Source: Phoronis australis
Taxonomy: Eukaryota > Animalia > Phoronida
DNA: 64,000 nucleotides
Reading direction: 5' to 3'
NCBI GenBank assembly: GCA_002633005.1
Contig: NMRA01000009.1
Coordinates: forward strand, 1,757,858-1,821,857
Below the pieces are notes generated by a model, which did no database searches, was not told the DNA's origin, and saw only the letters and a program-made list of their open reading frames with translations. A program made the translations under genes and the position numbers. Numbering within the stretch: position 1 is the first letter of the stretch; the number at the start of each line of letters is the position of its first letter. Below are positions 38,861-49,872 of the stretch, piece by piece.

Positions 38861-41231
38861 NAATTTAACAACCATTTGAGCACTTTTAAATCTCAAAACT
38901 CAACATTTTCGATGACTAGTAGCTATTGTCACAAGTGCTCACTTTGGCTGAGGTGGCTGCGAACAATTGCTCATTACTATATGAAGACATGTGTTTGCCG
39001 GTGGTTTTGATGCCAAATATCGATTCTACTAATATAGAACAAACCCACGATTAAGTTTCAAAGTGTAAAATTTGGCTTCAGCTGAGATTGACTCATTCAA
39101 ACCAGGGCAAGTTATCCATGTTTTCTGCTTGTATGACCCCATGACCCTTCAAACCCCAAAATGTGGAATTTAAGGTGCAACTTGACACTTTAATTTTTCA
39201 TTTTTAGGAAGACAATGGATGACTTTATACAAAACAGTAGCTATTTCATTTTCTAGTAGCTTCTGTAATTACTTACAATGTCACAAAAACTGTGATTATT
39301 GGGGTAAGTTCTGATAGTGGTTTCAGTGAAAACTGAGGTACCCGACTTTTAAGCAACCTAACGCGATAGAATTTGTTTAAAGTGCATTTTAGTAATTACC
39401 ATAAGAAAGTCAACAAAAATGCATAATATGATCCAAATCCGTGACATAGGGTTTATCACCCCTGCATGGATTTTTGCCTGGTCTGAAGTGTACTGCACTC
39501 TTAAAAAGAATATCATGTGATGCGAAAGCATAAAACATAACTTCTGGAACTTACAGTAAAATAGTTTTCCTGGCGTTGCAAGGCGCCACGCCGCGGCCAC
39601 AGGAAGAATGATTATGCCAATCACCCAAAAATATCATTCAATTCAGAAATATGCATCGTGGATGGTTTTGAATTAGTTTTACGTGTTGTTGAAGTTCTAG
39701 GACCAGAGAGTCATCGGCCATTGCGCGATGTATCGTTGTTGAGAACTTCGGTCACTTGCACTGCATTGTCGACAATCAACGAGTGTGGTAATAGTTTGTT
39801 TGCTACCTTTAAATAATTGACCATGGTATGAACAACATGTCTACCTATATTGCAGTTGCAGGATCTACCACTCCTTTACCAACACAACGTGGTGGATCTG
39901 CCATTAGGGTGACAAAGCTTTCACTTTGAGGCCCCATACTTTCAAAAGGGCCCCCAAGTGCTACAATTCTCAGCACAAAATAGGACCCACAATATTGAGC
40001 CCCAAGCAGTTTATTACAGTGCACTTTGAAACCACTGCAGAGACATTGGTAAGTTACTGCAATGTTGCAGTGAAGGAATTGGTGGTTTCAGGGAGAGCCT
40101 ACCTTATCCAACTGTTTCCTGTCACAAGGGCCCCCTACTGATGCTCAAGCTTCCCCACAGAGGGAGCCACGTACAGCACCATCTTTATGAACCTGTTGTT
40201 TTATAAAACTATAAGGCAGACGTTATGAAATTCAATGTAGTAACCAGTCCTAATTTTGTATAATATAATTATAGGTTATAATTATAGGATATAATTTTGC
40301 TTATGCTACCAGTTTTGTAACTAGGAAAACATGACTTAGTGGAGACCACCACTGTCTTCATTATTTTTATCCTCTAATTGGCTAACCTAAAACAATTTTG
40401 TGAGTTGATAGCAGGAGTGCAGTCAAAAAGGGACACGAGGGACATCATCCCCTCACATTTTACAGTTATGGAATGTTTCCCTCACTAAAACTACTTTGTT
40501 TTTGCTACATTGTGGCTTAAATTTCATATTATCTATCTTTCACATTGTGGCCCCAGTGAGCATCAGTATTAGTGCCTCTTGTTTGTATTCACGGCACCCC
40601 ACGACCACACAACAGCTGGGCTAGCCATGTGACATCACTTTTAAAGCTCTTTAATCAGACAACAGATGCTGCTATTTTTGAACTAACTGACCACATAGAG
40701 GCTGCAGAAACCCCTGACTAAGTAATAAAAACCAAATGAACAAAAGCTGACAATATCTTGGCACAATTGTTCAGCCAATATAACTTTGTGAGCAGTCAAT
40801 AGTTACAAATCATCCACCAGAACATGACCAAATCAAATGACGTAATCACAATGTAGTATGTAACTATGAAAACATAAAAGTCAATGTAATTTTAAGCCAT
40901 CTCTCTCAGAACACTTCATTTCGACAGCTAAGACCTACATTTTTCATGAATAAGTATATCAAGTTGTTTTCTGAACTTTCATAACTAAAAACATCCTTGT
41001 GATAGTATGCTACAATACAATACAATACTAATGTAATATACTATAAAATAAATGAAGACTAATACTTGAAATTACATGCAGAACATACAAGTCATGTAAA
41101 TATATCATAACAAAAGAATATTATGTCGCTTAACAATATTCTGTAAACAAAATCATCAAAAAAGTTAAGCACCTATAAGTGAGTATTTTTACATAAAATC
41201 CAATTGACACATTGCATTAATCTATAACAAC

Positions 41232-44200
41232 TCATTGTTGCATGTGCGACACAAATTTATGAAATGAGTTGGATAACTCTACAAACTGCCCGGCCAGATC
41301 CCTTAAATTTTTAGCAAATTCATGCATCTGCCTCTCTTTTGTTGACAGATCCAACTGAAGTTTTGCTATCACTTGATTAGCATGCACAAGTTGTTGAATA
41401 GCACCGGAACCAGAATTGTGATGTGATGGACACGGATGATTGTGAACTTTAGTGAAAACATGGGGATTCTGATCTTCAATTGAGGAGGTTGGATTACCAT
41501 AAAAGGTAATTTCACCTTGCAAACTTTTACAAAGCTTAATTCCGTTTTTCGAGTCCACTGTTTCTCCCTGCATCGGTGATTCATTGACTGGACAGAAATT
41601 ATCCAACAACGCCGTACCACCATCTTGGTTGTTGGTATCTAAGCACCAGGTAACATCTGACTGCACACTCTCACCATCTAAAGCATGCGACAGACCCACC
41701 GTACTACTTTCAGCTGTGTTGCACTCAGACCCATTCTTTCTACTTAGCTCTTCTTTGAGCGATTCAAAGGAGACTGTATTTGATGGTAGATCATCATCCT
41801 TGATATTGCAATCAATCCCGGGAAAAATCACGTAATTACTCGCAGCACTCTGACTGTGTAAATTTGATGACGGTAACTGCTTACATTTGTGAAATTTAGT
41901 AACTCTTGAATGTCTTGAAAGACGACTTAATTTCTGCTTCAGCCTGTCAGAGTCAAGTGTGCACTTTTTGGGGGGCAGTTCCTCCTTATCAGAACATTTA
42001 CCACAATTGCCATTATCGGATTGCTGGCTAATATCTGCGTGTGCACTTTTTCTTTTCCTCCCAGTTCGCAGCTTGTAACCAACATATTTTCTTTTCTCCA
42101 ACTTTGTGTTTCCTACTTCTCCAGTGTCTTCTACATTCAGTTCAGCTACACCTTCAAGCTGTTCCACCTTAAACAGGAACAGTAAGTTACATCATACAAA
42201 ACAAACTTTGTTTACTTTTACATGAGTTCGTTATGTTTCAAGACGCATTGATCAAACTTTAATAAAGTTACTTATAACCATCACTAATATCTATTTCCCT
42301 ATTATTCATTTGCCTGCATAGACTATTCAATTTGCAATAAGAAACAGCTATACTTGATTTAGATCAGTCGATACGCCTGGCTATGAGTCATTTTTAAGGA
42401 GTTTAGTGAAGACATTCTTTTCTTGCTTATATTAATATCAATCCAAATTGTCTGTGAATATTTATTATATTCAAGATCAGTTGCAACTAAATGCATCCAA
42501 TAAGTTCTTCAAGCTACACAGAGCTCTGATATGCGTCCACTACTCATTCACTTCACCGGATAAGAAATGCTGACAGGAGGTAATGTGACATACCTAATAT
42601 TGGCACTATATTACATGCTCATTTTTGATAGTCAAACCTCCTTAAAATGAACATCAGATAGACCTTGCAATTTCTGATAGTTCATAATAACCTAGGAGAA
42701 CATTTTAGGTTATTCGCATCTCAAATGATTCAAACGGTAAACTGCTATGCCATAAGCCTTCACAGAGGATCTTTTTTTGCATTACACCATATTTCACGTC
42801 CAGACATCAGCTTTGACACAGCATATTTGAAGCAAATGTCTGTCGACTAAGAGCTTTTACCAAATTTGCAAGCTTGACTGTCTGTTTTAAGGTAATTGTG
42901 AAACTTCATGAAATCTTTTCATTTTTCATAAAAAAATCATTAACTCTTCATGTTCAACCCACAATTAAACACTTTCCAAATCCTAGATGACTGAAGTATC
43001 TTAATTCTCATGAATCCTTTTAAAAATCTTTGCTTATCACACGATAGTCATTTTTGCACAAATAGCTGTTGAACAGGAATTTCCAAAAAAGCCCTAAGTG
43101 TGGGAAACTTCATGAACAATATAGTCATGTGAAAATGCACGGAACAGTGTCCCAGATTTTTATTTACCCTCAAACAACAGAGAAATCAGTTGTCAAAGTA
43201 AATTATTGTTCCAATCAAAAAACGTCCCAAGGTTTCGTTCTTAGCGGCATGATTACCTTGGCCATTGACCATAACACAAATACGTAAAATCTCATGCAAA
43301 ATGACCCACACACTCACGAGAAATCAATATTCAAAACTGCTAAATGCGTCAAAAATCAAAAGGCCTTAAAACGGCCAATAAAGGTTTGTTGCTTAATTGA
43401 AATCGATTGAAGTCGCCCCTAACAACTTACAAACTTGACGCACAAATAACACATTATAATAATTGTTATGAGTTGCAATGAAATATAATTTTGTACAAAG
43501 TGTGAATATTCTGCAGTCAGCACATATCAAGTACGAGCTTAAATTACAACAGGAAGTAAATAGAATGAAGTTGAAATTGTCCGGCAAAAATCGGCCAAGG
43601 TTGGATCGTAAAACACGTGTCTTCAGTGCATCCGCTCATCTGCATTCTGCATTGGTAAGAGAAATGAGGAATTGAGTATGAGACTGAATTGTGCATACTT
43701 AGGGCTGTTCCAGTAAAATCTGTATGGGAGGGGGGGGAAGGCACCTTTTTTTCGCACCCACCACCCATATTTTTCATTTATTTCTTCAGCCTACCACCCG
43801 TAATTTTTTATAAGTTTGAAATGCAACCACCCGTAATTTTTTTTTGTTCTTGTGGTTGACCGCACAGGTGCTTGAGTTTATCTGTTCCTCCATCACCACT
43901 AACGTCATTCATTACTAAGAAAACATATGTTTCTTTTATGTGGTTATTAGCCATCGAGAAATTCGAGCACCTGTGGTTAAATGGTGTTATGGGCATGCCA
44001 ATGAGGAGATCGGAGGGAGTGAAAAAGTCGGAGCTTTTTGCAAGTTGCATTTTTGTTTCAGTTTTTGATTCTGTGCGGACTGTTAATAAAATTTACTAAA
44101 ATTACCCACCATCAAACATTTATGGCCCAATGAAACAACAACTACCTGCAAATTTTTATTTTTTTGAAGTACGACCACCAACCATTTTGAATTTAAAGCA

Positions 44201-44657
44201 AACGCAACCACCCATAAATTTTTATTTCAGTTGCCTTCCCCCCACCTCCCACACAGATTTTGCTGGAACAGCCCTTACATCAGAAATAGAAGAGGTATGC
44301 GTATTTTTAAAATTTTGCTGACAATGGCAGATTTTTTCTGGTAGGCGATTTCCAACCTCAAGTTTTGGCGACGTCTATTATTATTTGGCATCCTGGGATA
44401 TTTGCTAAGTCGAATTTGGCAAGTTTACATCAAGCTAAGCATAGTGCACTGCAATAGCACCTTTGTACTACAAGATTTTGGACTGCAGGTAAAAGAGGCC
44501 TCCCAACTTCACTTCATTGTCCTATGAATTCTATAGATCTAGTCTAGCCTAATGAGACCCATAGTATTTCTTGAACCCTGGTACCTCTAGACTGCTGCAC
44601 GGTAACACATACTGCTGCATGAAACCAAGTATATTAACACCATCATCCATTGCACAT
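41232..44657 (-). CDS. Uncharacterised protein, 3' part: exon 44657-44585 and terminal exon 42167-41232. Basic NLS-like patch and C-terminal coiled coil
   Basis: 311-codon open exon starting at an AAG|G acceptor. KRKYVGYKLRTGRKRK; heptad-like AIQQLVHANQVIAKLQLDL...LRDLAGQFVEL. The upstream 73-bp exon has TTTCAG/GTACC sites and ends in phase 0. The 5' end is not resolved. Confidence 0.6.
43702..44274. mobile_element. PIF/Harbinger-type (Tourist-like) MITE
   Basis: TTA|GGGCTGTTCCAG...CTGGAACAGCCC|TTA, ~40-bp TIR, internal CCACCC repeats. Confidence 0.85.
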
Positions 44658-45574
44658 CTGAAACAGTAAACAATTATCAGGTTACAATTGAAGTCACTGA
44701 ATTTGACACTCTTATAGCAAATTAATTACATGGCCTGCGCACGTCCGATGCAATTCAGGTTTTCAACTGTCTAAAATCTTTTTTTTAACAAATTACTCTA
44801 AAGCAGCTTCTTATTTAATTTGTACTTTTCTTATCTCGTAAATTTTTGCTTTTCGTGAATTAGGAAACGACGCACTAAAATGCGTCCAGAGATGAAACAC
44901 TAGTAGTATTATAAGTTGCTGACTTATTCAGCAACAATTCAATATTGGAAGAGCGTAATCAGTGTTCTCTACAGCAGAAAATTAGAAAAAATACAAAGAT
45001 CATGAATATGTTCGAAAGTCTGAGCTCAGAGTATCAGGATTTCGTACATTAATTCTTAAATTAAACTTGCGTCAAAGTACAAAATACGAACTTGTTAGCT
45101 CAACAAATTAAAACAAGTTGTGGAAAACACTGGTAGCTGTGTTTGTAAGCCCCAAAGCAGTCCAGTTCTTACAACATAATGGTGAATTGAATGTGAACAA
45201 CTATAACGAACTGAATGAATATACACCATGATTCTTCAAGAACCTTTTCATTAAATGAATTGGTTGAGAAAAGTTACACTGGTTGACTGGTAGGCAACAT
45301 GTAGCTCATCGGCTGACAGTCTAGCGGCTACAATACTGCCCATCAGTTTCTGCACTATTCTCATCCCGTGTATTTTACATGGGTGGTTGTCCAAATCCTG
45401 TTACCGAATAGGTTTTCGCCTCGTCAAAAATACATTTTACACTTAAAATGTCACTTAGAAAATGGTTACTTTCTTCAGCAATGATGAAGATGAATTTGGC
45501 AAAGAATTCCGACTCCACTTTTGGGTCGCCGTTATCTTTTTCACAGCACGTGATAACCACTAAGTATTTTAATT

Positions 45575-45811
45575 GACTGAGCCAAGTGCTGGACTGAGCC
45601 AAGCGCCGGACTGAGCCAATCGCAGGACTGAGCCAACCGCGAGACTGAGCCAAGCGTGGGACTGAGCCAAGCGTGGGACTGAGCCAAGCGTGGGACTGAG
45701 CCAAGCGTGGGACTGAGCCAAGCGTGGGACTGAGCCAAGCGTGCGACTGAGCCAAGCGTGGGACTGAGCCAAGCGTGGGACTGAGCCAAGCATGGGACTA
45801 AGCCAAGCGCA
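45575..45811. repeat. 17-bp minisatellite (GACTGAGCCAAGCGTGG), ~14 copies
   Basis: Contiguous units with no spacers; explains the repetitive ORFs 45375-45927. Confidence 0.93.
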
Positions 45812-47206
45812 TGACACTTGCAAAAATCAGCACGGGAAGATATCCGATGGAATTTGTAAGATTTGTGCCCCTTGGACTTTTTGTTTATCAACAGGCGTGA
45901 TTTCGCATATGTTCCACAAAATGGCACCTGGTTAAAATGGTGAACAAAGCTTCAGTGAACAGATGCAGGTGGATATGTTTTGCCACGAATGTTGCCGCTT
46001 GAATTAGGAAATCTGAAGGTATTTATAGGTTTCGATGTCAACAAATGTAAATAGTGAAAGTGTTACAGTTGCAGATCGGATAAAATGTGCGACTTAAATT
46101 ATTCCCAGATTCGACATCCTTGGAGTTATTCTGGAAGTGCCTGGTGGGCGGCCATATTGGATAGCAGCTGTGTACCTTTCTCTTTATTGTAGGATATCGT
46201 CGAGGGTCTGATTAGAGGTGCTTGTGCTCCAATATTCAGGTAGCCTTACATTTAGCTTTGGCACTAAATATACAGCTTTGCGCAGATGTGGGTAAAAAAC
46301 AGACCACATAAAATTTGACACAAAATTAGTGTCACTAAAAACTATACCCTTCCTTGAGTACACTAAATTATTTACCGGTGTTGGAAAAATTGGCGATCTA
46401 CCGTTATTCTGCAGCTAAATTAAATTGCGGAGCGATCTTATGCGTAGGCTTTTAGCGCCATGAAATATTGTGTCAGTGATTGGCATGTTTCAATTTCTGA
46501 TTCTTCAATCAGCTGTTGTTATTTCACGAAGTTGCCTACACATCACAACAAATTATCAGAACTGGTTTCCTTTCATTATAAGTTTTCAGAATTTTGATAC
46601 CAAAAACAGAATTTCAGAAGAAATTTTGCTGCGGCCAAGCTATCATCATCTCCCGAGAGATGTTGCAAAAATTTAGGAAAGGGCGCGTGCGCGTATCACG
46701 AGCATACTGCTTTCAAAACGACGACATAACTTTTCTTTGTTGGAAAAGGCAGAGAATTACGCAAGAAAATGATGTTTATTAGATTGTTCTCCAATTAAAC
46801 GGATGTAACGGGCAAGGTGAGTGTTGTTTGATTCCCAGATTTTGCATGCACACCATCCGGTCTTTAGCTCTACATGTTGATACAGGTTTCACGTTGAGTT
46901 GACCAGCAGAACTACACTGGATGTGAGCAATTTTGGGGTCTATGGAAGAAATACACACAGTGGTACTGGTACCTAGCTGACCTAGCTGTATTTTGACGAG
47001 TCTTCATACAGCTAATTAGCTGGCTAGCTTGCATTATGAATCTAACTAGTGAACCTGTAGCCACGAATACAACAATATTAACTGGTTCTCAAACATATTT
47101 CAAATCAGGGACCCACATATCGAACTGTTACCTCAATGTATAAATATGCATGATTCATTCGATGTTATTCGCTGTGTTTTGCTTTTGAGATGAGCAGTAA
47201 TGCTAG

Positions 47207-49274
47207 TAGACAATGACCATCGTCTCTATCAAGAATAGAGACGATGATGCTCCTATAGGAGCTCTATACGCCGGAAGCGTTTTGGTGAATTATGCCTTGC
47301 ACTGACTAAAACATCAAAGCCACGTTGTTACAAATACCTCATGCTCATAGAGGGACATCTTACGAAGTTGTCGATGTGTTCAATTCCTTCCAACTCGAAC
47401 AAATACTCCTGTTATCAAACGTTTTTTTTGAGCAGTCCCTCGTTCAGTTCCCAAAATCATGAACTCACCATTTTCACACTGCACATGCTCCAATTTTTAC
47501 CGCGCCCGCTGGGTGATATGACCTCAATCTTTTAAATAGGCCAATTGCGAGAAATTGTGGTCTTGTCAATCAAATGTTTGTTTCCACGACAATGTCTCAG
47601 CAGGCTGCCACTACTCGTCTTTAATTGGCGTTACTTGAAACTGATTGTAGTTAATGATTTATTGTTTACATTTGATAAAAATAAATGCTGTTGATAAGAC
47701 ATTTAGTTGTCTTTGTGCACATATTTGACATTTTAATGTTTAAAAGGTTTTAAGTTAGGGTTCATATGATTCGTTTTCCGAAGTTCATTTGCAACAGGTA
47801 ACGAACAAGTTTCTAGTTTTACGCACTTTATTCTAATGTATTATTACTAAACGTGTCTGTTCAGTGTCAGTTTCGCTCAAAACATGATTTATCTGCCAGT
47901 TGATAAATTTAAGTATGATCTCGTACATAATCAACTAAACCATTTTATTGAGAGGTCTTTAAATACAAGCCTGTCACGGTTCTTACACGGTGATACTGAC
48001 TTACAAATTAAGATATACATACAAGTTAAAACAATTCAGTTGAGTATTAACATGGACAGTGAGAGACGTTACATGAATTGCAACGAACCTTTTAAAAAGC
48101 CAAAAGGCCACCTAAAGACACTGAAATACGGAGGCGTAACCGTAGACAGCATTGCACGAAAACTTAGGTATATTTGCTTCCCCACCAAAGACAAAAAGTC
48201 CGTTTTTGAGAAAGCGCTGTGTTATACTCGTTTTTCTTGTCTCGGGAGAATTGTTAAAGCTCAAATAAAGCTTAAAGAGCAGAAAGAGATTTTCACATCC
48301 AGACGTCGGAACAAAACGTATCTCTTTGAAAGGAAGAAAGAAAAAGAAACAGCAATCGGACGATGATTTATCGGCAAAAAAAAAGAAAGGTACTTTTATG
48401 CAAAGTTGTTGTTTTCTGTAAGCTTCACTACAAGTTTTGTGTTAAATTACAGGTCACTGCATGAGTTCCTGTTGTGGCATTTGGCCTGCCTCAAATGAGA
48501 ATGAGACCGTGCACATGAGACCGTGTTTAGGTGAATAAACACAATGCGCTATATTTTTATTGAAGTGGGTCCCAAATGCCTGTGAATGGCAAAATGACAA
48601 CCAAGCAGTTTCATTATTTGTGAATGGTGTTAGCGACTGAAATATATTAGGTAAACATCATGCGCGCACCCAGGACGGAGGCTCAAAGGAGACCCCCCTC
48701 CCCCATTTGGCTAAGTGGGCAAAGAGGTCCGCCTCAGAGAAACAAAAAGTCCGCGAAAATGTGACGAAAGTGCTCTAAAAAAGCGCAAACACACAATTCA
48801 GAGCTCTGAAGGTGGAACCCCATTTTTTTATTTAGTCTTCTCGCTTTTTTGTTAGTAAAAGGTCCACATCATCAGAAAGTCGAGCCCCCCTCATTTCACT
48901 TCAGCTTTCAAAGTTTGCCGGTAGGACCGCAACTTCTGACCTTCGGCCTTGTTAAAAGAATGAGGTCATATTTCTTGGCGTGCGGAGAGTGAAAATGGTG
49001 AGTTCACGATTTTGGGAACTGAACGAGGGACTGCTCGAAAAAAGTTTGATAACGGGAGTATTTGTTCGAGTTGGAAGGAATTAAACGCATCGACAACCTC
49101 GTAAGGTGTCCCTCTATGCGCAAAAGGTATTTATAACAACGTGACTTTGATGCTTTAGTCAGTGCAAGGCATAATTCGCTGAAACGCTTCCGGCGTATAG
49201 AGCTCCTATAGGAGCGTCATCGTCTCTATTCTGGATAGAGACGATGCCACGATGGTCATCATTGTCATTGTCTA
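47207..49274 (+). mobile_element. TAG...CTA family copy B (~2.1 kb), a longer deletion derivative
   Basis: Begins TAGACAATGAC and ends GTCATTGTCTA, with ~270-bp TIRs. 47207-47740 and 48896-49274 match copy C in reverse. Extra ~1.15 kb in the middle. No matching TSD. Confidence 0.8.
48052..48366 (+). pseudogene. Possible decayed zinc-finger N-terminus of the parent transposase of the TAG...CTA family
   Basis: YMNC...LCYTRF-SCLGRIVKAQIKLKEQKEIF is one base change per motif (TAC>TGC, CGT>TGT) away from CxxC...CxxC plus helix, as in the N-terminus of the 49873 transposase. Confidence 0.4.
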
Positions 49275-49872
49275 CAACTGTCTCGTGTTTGACTGTGGTG
49301 AGTGCAACATGCCATGGCGATGTAATTGCCTAGGACAATACAGGCCCTGTGATTTAAGTGCTGCCAATGTGCTAAAAGATACTGAACAAACTTAGCCATT
49401 TTACCTCTCACCACAGACAGTAGCTACCGTCTGTACTCGACCAGCATAGCAGGCAACCTCACCAACTTTCGCCTTCCCCCCAAGTCTCTCCTGCCTTCTC
49501 GCCACCTGGTGTCAAATTTTTATACTCTCAAATATATTTTATCAAAAGTAATTTTTTTGCTAATAATTCATTTATGTGTTCAATTTCCGGTTTTGATTTG
49601 AATTCAATTTCCCAAAATCGTGCAATTTAATTCTCGAATTAGTACAGTATGCGTCTCAAAAAAGTTGAAAACATTCTCGTCAGTTGCGCATGTGCGGTCA
49701 ACTCGCTGGTTCCCTGCGTGCCGCTAGGTGGGGCGGTAGCCGCGCCAGCACGCAGGTATCACTTAAATTTCCTCTGTAAATTTTTTTACACCGGCGTTTC
49801 TGATTGGCTAGTCGATTCGTCAACAGGGAGCGCTTTAATACGTAAACAAACGGACATGACAGTTATAGAGCA

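Larger units (their letters stand above)
34621..39500 (-). mobile_element. Sola3-like DNA transposon relic spanning an assembly gap
   Basis: TTAA|GAG (34617-34623) and CTC|TTAA (39498-39504). Diverged long TIR: GACCAGGCAAAAA, CTATGTCACGGATTT and TCTCAGCTGAAGCCAAATTT (35021 vs ~39069) occur inverted at both ends. TTAA, GAG..CTC ends and long TIRs are Sola3 traits. Confidence 0.6.

Noticed and set aside
38467-39010. ORFs spanning the N run
   Set aside because: Artefacts of the assembly gap.
45375-45927. Repetitive ORFs or a CRISPR-like array
   Set aside because: Contiguous 17-bp minisatellite without unique spacers; the ORFs are artefacts of a stop-free repeat in eukaryotic DNA.
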